The position numbers were made by a program, and so were the translations under genes. Of a stretch of DNA of 32,378 nt, positions 1 to 12,200 are shown piece after piece (positions within the stretch are counted from its first letter, which is position 1; each line of letters opens with the position of its first letter). The stretch lies in contig CAXNAA020000039.1 in assembly GCA_964200075.2 (NCBI GenBank), positions 1-32,378 of the forward strand. Direction: 5' to 3'. The notes beneath the pieces were generated by a model that had not been told where the DNA came from, searched no databases, and was given only the letters and a program-made list of their open reading frames with translations. This DNA is from Sphacelaria rigidula. Taxonomy: Eukaryota.

Positions 1-210
1 ACCGCTCTGCCTTGCTTCCCTTCTACAACATGCCCATACCCATGCGGCACTATCCCCCTGTACAACATACATGCTATCACGGCCCTATCTCTCTGTCTGT
101 TGTTCTCAGCCCTTTCTTTTCCCTTCCACATTGCATCGCCCATATATAACGTCCATGGATTCTGCCTCCCCCGCCCAGTGGGGGCGGGGGGGGCCCTCTT
201 CTAAACCTAG
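1..210 (+). mobile_element. Probable Helitron 3' terminus; element body off-window to the left
   Basis: GC hairpin CCCCCGCCC-agtgg-GGGCGGGGG (168-190), then CTAG at 207-210 after a 16-nt gap, followed by T. Confidence 0.45.
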
Positions 211-367
211 TAATATGAAAAGAAACAAAAACAGTCATTCTCCCCCCCAAACGCCAGGGGGGCGTACTCAAGCAACAAATGAGTACGCCCCCCCAAACGC
301 CAGGCTCATAAGGAGGTATTGCATATAATTCGAAGTATAACGTATATTTGAGAGGCGAAGATACATA

Positions 368-919
368 CAGTGGTGGGCGGTCTAACTATTCATTTTGAGG
401 CATTTTGTGATTTCTTCGTAATTGACGATTTTCCTGGGCTCTTTTCGCTTGCCGCCGCTTATCACATACATTGAGGATCTGAAGATATTTGTATCCGCTC
501 CACATTCCAAGAAAACAAAATCATCTATACTCTATATTGAGTGACTTATGGGCTGATTGGTCATCGGGGGTCCTGCGACGTTTCAGCCCAGATTCCTACT
601 CTTCGGTATTTTCGGTCGATCGAGCCTGTCCCAATCGTATTTCTAAAAAAAGTACAGTTTTACTTTTTTTAAGTTCTGCCTACTCATTGCACTAGAGCCG
701 AAAAACTGCGTTTCACGGTCAATAACGCCCTCCTGATGAACGGGTATCTACGCGTTTCGCCCAATAACACCAACTAGCACTGACTTGGGCACTGTGTTTC
801 GAGGATGATCTACTTATTGTACCAAAATCTACCGACGCTAGCATTTTCGAGCTCTGTCCAAGAGTATTACGCGAGGAAAACCCCAAAACGACACTAAATA
901 GTTAGACCGCCCACTACTG
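368..919. mobile_element. MITE / non-autonomous Tc1-mariner-type element, 552 bp
   Basis: 23-bp TIRs CAGTGGTGGGCGGTCTAACTATT (368-390) and AATAGTTAGACCGCCCACTACTG (897-919) with one mismatch; TA on both flanks (366-367, 920-921); no transposase ORF. Confidence 0.85.
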
Positions 920-2998
920 TACATCAGGTCAAAGTTTGCGAATTCCACGTACGATATCCTCGAACAGCACACCTTGAACATTATATGCTGCACATACACC
1001 TGTACGGTAATAAGACCGACCTCGTCATTTGTTGGCTCGGTCTGCCTGCGTGGGCTATTAGCGTGCGTTGTCAGATCATACACACTAGCACTGGTATATA
1101 TGCCGAAAAATATTGTTGTGTAAAACCACTAAATGAGGTATCACGCTTACACTGCAGATCGTGTTGTATTACGGCGGCACCAGTCACCAATAGTATGAAG
1201 TAAACATTTTCGTCACACTCTCAATCCCGCCGCCTCCCCTCAAGTCATCAAACAATCTCTCTCTCTCTCTCGGTAGGAAATATCGCGCACTGATAGTAGA
1301 GTCAATCCTCCATCTTCCATCCGACTGATTTGGGTATCTCAGGAGTATGCACTGTATTAAGGACTTTGATTGTAATTTATATACGAAGTATGAGAGGAGC
1401 ATATAATTTTCTGCTCTTCAACCTCACGCGTTGTTGTTGTTATTATTGTTGTTTAGGGAACGGGTGCTCAACTTGGTTCCTCGATTTGATGGAAGTACGT
1501 GTGTTGGGAACATGTGCTACAGTGACATTTCACATACATACAAACGAACTTCTATTACTGCTACCTTCGAACAAGACCCGCGGTGCTCGCTGGGAAACAG
1601 GAGCTACGTAGTATATATGAGGTGTGTGCAGCTGGACGCGTCGTCCAACCTTTAACGATAGCAGCCTGTATTACTACTTGCTGAGAATAATGTGGGTCGG
1701 AAGCCTGTAGAAAGTGGCTTCAGTATGCATGACAGCCACCAGCAGAGGCGAATCTATCCTTGTGAGACTCACCCGATCACGAAAGAACACAGCGGCCTTC
1801 AATCACAGAAGCTTTGCATGCTAGTCTATCTTCACTTCAACATGTGCACGGAGCAATGCCACTAGGTGAACTTTTTCTTTCTGAGGCTCTTTTCAGTAGG
1901 AGCCTCTCGATGACAAACATCGGGGCCCTCGTGTGCAGCCTCAGAAACCTCTTGGACTGAAACGTGCACCCCTACCATGGCATTACTCTACGATGAAAAC
2001 GTACATTGACCCACATCGGGTTTGCCAGGTGCGACGTTGCAAATTGCACGAAGAAATCCCCCTTGTGGATCGTTTTAAGTACGCATGTACCAAGCACTCG
2101 TGTGACGTCCTGTTTTATCACCTACGATTGTCTTCTCAACAGCAGCAGGAGAAATAGTACGAGTGGTCAACTCAAGCAGTGGGGAGCCTCCTCCCGCCTC
2201 CGCACGCGCTCTTCAACCCTTCAGAGGTACGTCCCCATTCCGCCACAACTCACATGGAGGCTGCCCGCTTGCCCATGGTTCGATGACGTCCAAACGGACT
2301 TCTTTTATGTGATGATATCATTTGTTGAGAACCAAACCCAACCACGGCTCGGCGACTTCTCGATGGAGTCCTCGCTTTGGATCTGCAGATTACCGGAGAC
2401 CACGGGGCGTGCTGTCATTGGTAACGTTGGTTCTCCGAGAATTCCTTACTGCCGATACAATACACGCCGTGTGCTCATTGTCCGGAAGCAATTAGTAGGT
2501 CACGAGGATCCGTAGTAGACGAGAAAATAGAAATGAGACCGCACAATAAGAGAACAGCACGCAAATGAAATGAGTTTCCTCCAACATTCCAAATTTAGCT
2601 GGTTTGGGTCCTCGATAGCGGTTAAACAGCCGCTGAGAGAGGACATGGTTCGTTTCGTTCCTTTGTTCACTCTAACACGCACCTGTAGGTACCGAGGGCT
2701 GACGGCAAGGAATGATTTGCTGCAGAGAGGGTAGTTTTCGGGGCAGTCGTTGCGCATCAATTTGTATGATGAGACGCCCCGCGGCAAAATGCATCTCATC
2801 ACCTATTGCACCACCCGAGGTGTATCAACTCCCAAAATGCATATTCTGTTTCGTACACTTCACCCCGAGTCACGAACCTACCTGCTCAAATGCCCCGACG
2901 AAAACAAACTTGAAACAGAAATATCCGGCTGTCATGGGAACATCGACGTGTTCAGCCTTGCCATTTCATTTATTTGTGTTCGAGCTAAACGCCCAAAA

Positions 2999-3235
2999 TC
3001 AACAATAATAATAAAGCGATATGTTTTGAGCGCCACGCTGTCCATTCCTGACCAGCACTTCTCCATAAATGAATGGAAATGCTAGTGTACCTAAATCTCG
3101 ACGATCAGCACTCCTCCCAGACCAGAAACGCAGATGACCTGGCACCCACGTGGAAAATGGAGACGAATAGGGGCCACTGTCTGTCTCTCGCCACTGTGCT
3201 GTGGCCTGCCTGACCCTTGCCTGCCATGGTGCCTC
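2999..3235 (-). CDS. Probable terminal exon 10 (EAPWQARVRQATAQWRETDSGPY...YYYC*)
   Basis: Acceptor aaagcag|GAG in phase 0; open to TGA at 3001-2999. Internal GT sites could instead splice to further exons. Confidence 0.5.
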   Translation of the reverse strand, partial: EAPWQARVRQATAQWRETDSGPYSSPFSTWVPGHLRFWSGRSADRRDLGTLAFPFIYGEVLVRNGQRGAQNISLYYYC

Positions 3236-6200
3236 CTGCTTTTTTGTGAAGACAACACGTCAGATCGAGGATTTCACCTGGTTCAGGATGTACTCGAGAT
3301 GCATGCGAAAAGGAGTATAGATAGCAACAAACCCAGTGAAAAGACGAACGCAATAAACGTCATTTCCCAAGCAATAAGCGACGTGAGCGTATCTCGTGAT
3401 CACAACTAGCGTACGAACTCATAACACAGCCTACACAGCCTACGCAGGGAAACTCTTGTGACAACGCATATGCCGACGAACATATGTAGAGGAAACAAAA
3501 CAAGAATGGAGAAATTTTCCAGCAATCGCGTTTCCTCACGCTGACCTCGCCATGACCAGTGCTTCCGTCATGTTGCGCCGGAAAACTCCCGCCAGAACCC
3601 CCAGGTGATGACCCTGATTCCATTAAGCTGCCTGACCCTGTGGCACTTCCGGTGCTACCACTGACACGACTATCTCCGAATATACCGTGTATTTTGTGAG
3701 AGGTGGAACAACCAGACCCGCCGCTCGAAGTAAAGTTTTGCAACAAATACTGCTGTGACTCCGAGGCTGAAGGTAGTATGACCCTTATCAGGTCTTTGAT
3801 TCGTCGTTGCCACATGTCTGCACATTTTCATGCGAAGCGCACGAGCACAGTAGGGGCTGGGACATACACAGATGTCGGGAAACAGATGAAGCGTTTGTCA
3901 GTTAATATCTGATGATGATGGTGATGATGTTAACGATGGTGGTCGTAGTGATGATGATGATGATGATGGCGGTGGTGGTGAGGGTGAGGGTGATGATGGC
4001 GATGGAGGCGACGATGGCGATTACAGTGACGATGCAATCGGCATTCCCACGTGACCTGAACGTTTTGCTTATCGGGCTTGAATTTGTTTCACCCACTAAC
4101 TGCACGGTTATATGTTTATGCCGGTGGTGATTAGCAAATGTTCCAGTATTTGTGTGCGTACTGCGGTGCACTCGACATTGGCAGAATGTTCTCCTTTCAA
4201 CTGTTCTAAGATTCGGACTCATGTTTGAGCAACTGTACGAATCTGTGCTTGGGAGCAATGCAGCAATGCATATCGACACTCCAGGATCTCACCTTGTATC
4301 GCTTCCGCAACTCGGCAACAAACAATCTGACGAGTCACGTAAATATCGAATGAGACACACTGTTATACAACTGAATATATAACGCAACGTTCAACGACGT
4401 AATGGCGTTCACCACAACTCAACGACATGGTTTTGTCTGAATGCTTTCCTTTGATCGAAACATTTCCCCCCCCTCCCGTTCAGCATCACATATCCCGAAC
4501 AAGTAAACTCGTGGTATTGAAGATTATCCGCTCCTGTCTCCCCCGATTCCGAAATTTGCACACATGGGACAACATGAGGCGCCTCTTCAGCGCTGTGTTT
4601 TCGAGGGCACCAGTGTATGGTGCAACCAGCAAGCTATGCTTTTCCCTCCGGAGACTTTGAGCACGTGCTGTGTCATCGTTTCCATCTTGATGGAAATGCC
4701 GCTCCTCTGCAGTATACTACTACTTTCCAGAAATTTCGAGCTCAGCGCGACACCACTCACGCTTCATGTCGTCAAGCTTTCGGACCTCATTCTCTTCCTC
4801 TTCTATCATTCGTCGTAGCGATCGTGGGCTCTTCGGCTGACGGCCAGAAGAACGAAAACCAAAAGCATAGCACATAGGGACAATCAATGCACGGGTCGAA
4901 GGTGTGAGTAGTAAAGGAAACAGAGATTAAACAATGGGTACCGCAGAAGTCAGACGCGGTTGTACAAAAAGGACAAACCAGCAACAGACGTGAGTGACGC
5001 GGTTGTCCTGTCAGGGTATGTGCGTATCATGGTATGACCAAGTAGTTACATCACTATACTAAAAACAAGTACATCTTGACCACGCTGAAACCACGTAGAT
5101 CTTGACCGTGCTAGAACTAAATAGTTGATGATCGCACTGGAATCAAGCGATGTTGGTGCCACATCAAAACTTACCTGAAGTAGTCAAACTCACGGCGACG
5201 AAAATACAGTGATACGCTGTTCATGAGAAATGACTTAATGCAAGCAAATTTTCCAGAGGTGGATATTGGTGACTATTTTGCCTCGCTGCAGAGTGCTATC
5301 GAAACCCGTATACCGCTCTCAACATAGAGCACACATCAAAACGACCGGTTTTAAGCCGCTCACATACAGGTGATTTTCACCTCTGTGTACTGTAGTAACG
5401 ACGAAGCAGCAAGCAGGAAGATTCAGGTTTCTGAAGGAGGCTTTCCTCGTCATCGACTGTTTCTGAGGGGAGAGGAGAGGGGGGTGTGTCGCTTCCAGCT
5501 TAACGGTTATAGAACCCCTTACCCCAACATAACTGCATACTACTTCACAGGAGTACGAAGATCACTTTCTGAGCGTAGCACATTTTCGAGGATCATCGGC
5601 GAACAGCGGGGTACAAACGGCGTGATATGTATAGTACTAAATGTCCAATCAAAAGAATTTCCAAAACCTAGAGAGTTAGCTGTACTTTTTGTAGGGTATA
5701 CTTGAGAATATTCATATGATCGTGTACGCGTGGGTGGTATCCGGTTCATTGGTTCGTTGTCACACACTAACGTTAACATTCATTGATCCGCTATAAACTC
5801 AGCCGTCGTCACAAGATAAACATACCCAAGGGAAAAAAACAGAACACTCGCGAAGAAACTCGAAGAGGGATCAAGTGTGCGTGCTAGTTCGTCCGGGTTA
5901 ATGAAATGCGATCCACGAACCGACGGAGAAACCCACTTTCAAAGGATGAAAAACTGTTAGAGTATATATAGTACGTCCAGTGAAATGGACAATATCGATA
6001 TACACGACTTTTCGTGATCGATCATCAGTTCCTCCCCAAGAATCTCGCCGTTGGTACCGCAGATCTTCATCTCTCCGTATTTGCCACATGTCAATTCTGA
6101 GTCCGCCATGGTGAAAATATAAGAACATGCATTGATACCGGTCAACACGCACATGCTCAATATGTGGAAATATATCTTCCATGAAAGCGGACGTGCTGTG

Positions 6201-9200
6201 GGAGCGCTGATCTAATGCTTGGAAATACAATGTCGGGAGATGCGGAGGAAAGTATGGATTTATCCCTCGACACGACGGGCCAATAATACGTACAGTCTCG
6301 AAGCGTTGCGTGTGTACAAGTATGGCAATTGAAAAAAGTAAATCCGTTTCAGAGATAAGAACGATATGGGTCGATCTATCGATCAATCAATCGTGGACAT
6401 AAATCGGTGTAACGCTTGCTCTTCGACAGTCTCCTCATTATGGGTTTTGTAGCTGTTTACAAGGCGCTTTGATGGCCGTCCTGAGTCCGGCGAGTAGTGA
6501 GCTACATCGCGTCACTTCTTCCACGTTGCACCTCTCGGACGATCAGACTTCATACTGGTTGACTCCCCATGAATGTGAACGCAAAATCATGTACCAAAGA
6601 GCCACCCCGTATGAATCACGGATGGTAAAGTTGTATGCTCAAGGTCATACCACACGGATCACAAACTGGGAACGTGTACACTCCAAGTACTATCAGACCA
6701 ATCAAGAGTGCAAAATATGTACGAATTGCAATTCCTGTATGAATCATCGGTGGAGAAAATGTTCGTATAATTCGTCTCGTATGAATAGGTGAAGAACATG
6801 CACGTATGAGAGATTCATGCTGCATGGAATGCAAAGTGGGAAAGATGTATACGGATGGAAGGCGGAGAACATCTACGCATGATTCATGCTGCATGAGTGG
6901 GAATCGGGAAACATGTAAGCTTGATTCAACTAGTATGAATGGAAGGTGAAAAACGTGTATCTATAATTCATGCCGCATGGATGACAGGGCAGACATATGT
7001 GCGCTTGATTCACCTCGTATGTGAATGAAAGGTGCGGAACATCTACCACCCATGATTCGTGCTGAACAAAAACCAAGCGAAAAACGTCCATGATTCAGGC
7101 GATTCAAGCTGCATGAATCAATGGGGAGAAATACAGTGTACACCTATTATTCACGCCATATGGATGGGCAGTTTCGTACTACTGTTGTCTCTTATCCGCT
7201 ATACAAGTTGTACAATGCTACGCTGTACAGTACTGTATTATACTGTTCGCTGACAGCAATGGGCGCTGCCGGGGGTTTCGCGAAAACTCGCGCAAACCTG
7301 CGGGGACGACTCTTGGAGTACTGATGCTGTCTGAAGCTGTTTTCGAGGTGCTCTAAATATTCAGGCCAACTGTGACGCAGAACAAAACATGAAACCGAAG
7401 AAAGGCTATCAATAGCTTACGAGCTGGGCCAGCCTAGAAACGGGATTAAGCTCCCAAAGCAATATCTTATCGACACAGACGAGTTGAGCCGCGACACGCA
7501 TACTGTATTAATCGTCCAATCAAGGGGAAGGTGCCCATCTGCTCAAAAGTCTGGGCCAATATTTTCTAGCTGATTAAACGACATATCTAGTAATTCCTAC
7601 ACCTAAGGGAGATAGCGTCCATACTCAAATCTATATGAAACCGCGATTAATACACTCAGCGGATGACAATGATTTTTGTTGTGGACATTCCCTGGAGCAT
7701 GGGGAGATGGTAGATATACCCTCTCCTCCACCTGATTCGTTATCTATCTCGAGATATGGCGCACAAAAGGTCCTATACTAAAATCAATATATTACGAGTA
7801 GAGGGACCAAATGAACTAGAATCCGGAGATCGCGTCTCAGTGTTTGAGAGTTATGGTGTGTATGAAATTTCGTATGGAGAACCGCTAGTGGATAACAAAG
7901 TTGAAAAAAAAACTTTTCTAATTTCTTTTCGTTTTTTCAGGGCGGTTTTGAGGAGAAATGAACATTGCTCTTCAGCCTTATCTCATTTTTTTAGCTCAAA
8001 TTCTGTGATTTGAAACATGGAACACCTCAGAAGTATGCTGAACAAAATACAAAATGGGAGAGGTTGGGCGCTCTCGGAAAAAAAGTGGTCGCTACCATAC
8101 TAAAACGCCCTAAACCAGCGAAAATCAAAATCAAAATCAACCTGACCCGTACATACATTTACTGATTATACCCTTGCGATAGCCCACACAAAATTTCTGT
8201 ACAAAAACACCAAACGTGGCCCGGTAGGTGGCCTGCAAAAGACTGTTCGAAATTTCCACCGACCCGTTTTTTGAACGGCCCATTCGCCGGCCAATATTTA
8301 AAGTTGGAGCCTCAATTTCAGTAGGGACAATTAATAGGGCATAATGAGATAATCAATCAATCGATCAATGAAGAAAATGACGAGTCTACCAAAATATTTG
8401 ATTTGCTTTTCATGAGTTAAGGGCAGTATACTAATTATTGCCCTTAACTCATGAAAAGCAAATCTTTTGATGCACCCGTAGTTTTTTTTGTTATGCCCTA
8501 ATCACTGTCCATACTTAATTTTAGAATCCAACTCTAAATATCGGTCGGCGAATGGGCCTGCAATGGCCGGCGAAGGGGCCTGCAGACTACAAATTCGCCT
8601 GTAGGCTGGCCCAGCTCGTAGCTCGGGAAAACAAGCAGCTAAAAGGATCGCGCTAGGCATGCAGATGTATGCTGTGCTCTGCTGTACCGTGCTGTCCGCG
8701 GACTGCTGTGCACGCTGCTGGATTTTCCCGAAAACCTCCCGTGTACATGCGGGGACGACTTGTGCTGGGGCTGTCTTCTCTTTAGGTGTTCGTGGTATTG
8801 TATACAATATATCCGGGCCAACTGTACTACAAAAATGGGGTTCGCGGCCTGCACGCTCTTATTTGCCTACGCCACCTGCGAAAACGCTGCGCCACCTGAG
8901 AGTCGCGCTCCATAATATGACAGGTGGGAAACAACACATTGTCATGATCAATACCGTATGAATCAAACGTTGGGAACATATACGAATGATTCATGCTGGG
9001 TGAATGAAAAGTGGAACATCTACACTTGGCCCACCTCGTGTGAATGGAAGGGGGAGAACATGAACGTACGATTCATGCTGGACGGACGGAAATCCGCAAT
9101 CATGATACGCTTGATTCGCCTCGTATGAATGGATGGTAGGGAACATATTTCTATAAGTCATGATGCATGGATGGGGAACGAGCAACATGTACCGGTGGTT

Positions 9201-12200
9201 CATGACGTATGAATGGAAAATGAGGAATGTATGCCTATGATTCATGCTGCATGAGCGGAAATTGGGACACATGTACTAATTATTCGTAACGCATGTTTGC
9301 CTCGTTTTTAAACATTCGTGGAAAACCTTGCCGACACACGCAGGCCCGATCGGCACTACGCATGTTCGTTGGATCCTTGTGAGCTCCGGCAACCAAGCGT
9401 TCGCGTCCTGGACGCATGGCCGAACTTTCCGGGTCTGCGGGCCAACCAGCAGGGGGCTACGATTTATTGGGTCATTGGGTTTCGACCTTTTGGGCGGGCT
9501 GTAATTAACAAAACAATGGGTATGGTTATGACTGTTCGGAGTATCTTTGCCGGCGGTACGGTCACCACTCCTCAGAAAAAGGTAAAAATAGGGTAGAAGA
9601 GGGTAAAAGAAGGTAAAAATGGTCATGCACTTGAGCCATGAATGCTCCACACGTCAACAAAAGAGAGTTCGAGATCATGTTTTGCAGAGGGCAGGGTGTA
9701 CCCTCCTGGTTTGTTTATAAAAAAACCTACTCTCACAGGTTGTTCTCTTCCGCGCCGTAGTTCAGACTCGTACCACACATGGGAGTGAAAAAAATGGTCA
9801 GGCATGCTGTCCAGACACCTTTGTGCGTGGGGCTGAGGCGCTGGAACGTGTTTTCGAGGTGTTCAGCCCATGTTCAGCCCGCGTGCAGCGCCGCGCCCCA
9901 AACCGAAGAGTGAGTTACCCGTTATTGCTACAAAAGCACCAAGGTGTACCCTGTTTTGTATATTGACCCCTGTAAAACAAATTTTCAGGCATATTTCGGC
10001 GTCTACCTTTCGAAAAACGTCCCCAACCTCCCCCGACGCGTATACTCCCCCAACTTTAACCCTACATAGTGTCTCTTCCTTCGGGTTTTACCTCATGAGT
10101 CAAGTATGTACCAATACATGGAATATGATAGGGAAATATTTTCGTATTGTTGTTTGAGCTTACCGGCACACCTTCTTCCTTCAATTTTTGCCGCAATGAT
10201 TTGTCTTCCGCGATAATTCTTGCCTTTGTTTCCTGGAACAGCAAGACGCAGCACCCGAAACATCAGAAATGTCCATTTAGCTTGATGATGCTCAGACGGT
10301 GACTGTGTACGGGTTCTGCACGTTTGCTTGTCATTAGGATATGCACCGCGTAGGTGACCGCTTCTACCACAAAAACAGCCCCCGGCCTGCCTACAGACGT
10401 GGATTCGTGACAAACTGAAATCTTATGGTTCAAGACAAGCAATGCTCCTCGCTGGCAACAGAACTCGAAGGTTGCCAGAAACAACAGTGAGGGGCTAAAA
10501 TACCAACAGCGCAAACACAAACAACCTACGAAGGAGATATCTGCACTGCTACCTGTCGAGGCTATCGGAAACACGAGCAAGTATGTCGGCAACACGATGC
10601 GGCTCATACACACGTTTTTGCTGAACGAGAAATTGTCAACTTTAGAAAAAAAAGCTCAAACGCGGGATAAACGTGAAAGACACAGACTCGACCCAAAACA
10701 TCCCTAGTTTTCACGAGCGGGTCAGGTCTGTTACGCACCACAGCGAACTTCATAAACCAATCCCACAAGTCCTCGCTCTAAGCGATGTGCGCGTTTCTGC
10801 ATGTAAGCATTAATGTCCCGATCACACAAGCCGTGTGTTTCCGGCAATAACAAGAAAGAGAAGCGATAGCTATAGTCTGAGTGCGGCAGACATTTAGCTT
10901 CGTTGTCGTTTTTGTGAACCATATTGCCCTTAGGATAACTTCGCGAAATACTCTGCCGAGGTTGCTTCTGAAGCTCATCTTACCATGTATTTCGATACGG
11001 AAGCAGGATATACGATTTTGTGTGACGTCTCGAACGTTTTATGGAGGATGGGAAGTACATCAGGTCTGAAGAAGAGAAAACCCACCTGCATGTCAGCAAC
11101 GTAGCTCCCTGCGGTGCGCCCCTCCCTCAGTGCTGCAGCCAACTCATCCTCCCGCCTACGCGCCTTCATGCTGAGTTTTCTGAGATCATCCCTGAGACTT
11201 AGCGCCCTCTCGGACTGCCCAACGTGCCGTTGAGACAATGCTGCTAGTCCTGTTGTGGTATATAAAACAATCGGTGACTCAGGTGGACTCGTACAAAGAG
11301 GATACGGTCTGAATTATCACAAGTGGTTCGACCCCAAACGCCCGTGTCGTGGTTGCAGTGAGCAGAAATATTCGCCGTGACCACGACATAACCCGGTGTT
11401 TGTGCAATCAGCGCAAATATTCAATTGACTAGCCTTACCAGACACCGTGAGCGTCATTGTTGTTCGAGAAATGAAGACTACAGATCGACGTCCGGTATAA
11501 AAGACACTTCTGGGTGCCGGCATTGCGGAACTCGAACAAGCTGTCGAGAAATTTTCAGAGAAGGCCGTTCAGCCAACATCCGACAACATCAAAATTTGTC
11601 CGCCGTACGCTGTCGGAATTATGCTTGTGTTTACGTGCATTGTGGCTTATGATAGTGTTTCCCCCGTAGCATCGAGAATGGAGATTAGTGCCCTATGTGC
11701 ATACCAGCGGTGACCATGACGCGTCGAATGTACCGACAGGCACAGTTCACAGGGCTTGAGAACTCCAGACAGTGACGTAACCGCACGAAAATACCGACAG
11801 TGCTATACCGTAAAAAATCGCATCGACATACACATTCAAGCGGCGCGTTGATACGGTGCATCTGCATTGCCGCAAAGGACGGTTAATGACGACGGCTCTT
11901 GCATGCCCCACAAAAGTCAGCGGCACCAGGTCAACCGTCTACCCTGAAAAATCGGACAGACAAATCTTAGAGGACACGCGCCATTTCTTCTGGTTGGCAT
12001 CGTTGCTTTGCAACTTCTGAGTCGACGAAAGTGTTGTGCTTACCGACATCTTGCAAGGCCATTTCCTCCCTCAAGATTTTGTTGGCGCGCATGCCCGCCT
12101 TGTCTTTGCTTCCCAGGGCTTGGAATGCCTGTGCAAGACACGGTCAGGGAAGGGAACTCTTGTACCATCCTGAAACCTACGTTTAAAATATGTTTCATCT

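Noticed and set aside
3902..4279. Met/Val-rich and Ile/Thr-rich ORFs resembling membrane proteins
   Set aside because: They are products of the intronic GAT/GGT microsatellite.
5168..5225. Strong donor-like sites (minus-strand CAG|GTAAG and GTGAGT) suggesting an extra exon
   Set aside because: I could not build a frame-preserving exon with the nearby acceptor. Alternative use is not excluded without RNA data.
5898..6386. 162-aa minus-strand ORF in intron 7
   Set aside because: It has no recognisable domain, a non-ATG start, and is not needed because exons 7 and 8 join in phase.
6600..9275. CRISPR-like look of the palindromic 42-bp arrays
   Set aside because: The sequences between the palindromes resemble one another rather than being unique spacers, the repeats are degenerate, there are no cas genes, and the context is a eukaryotic intron.
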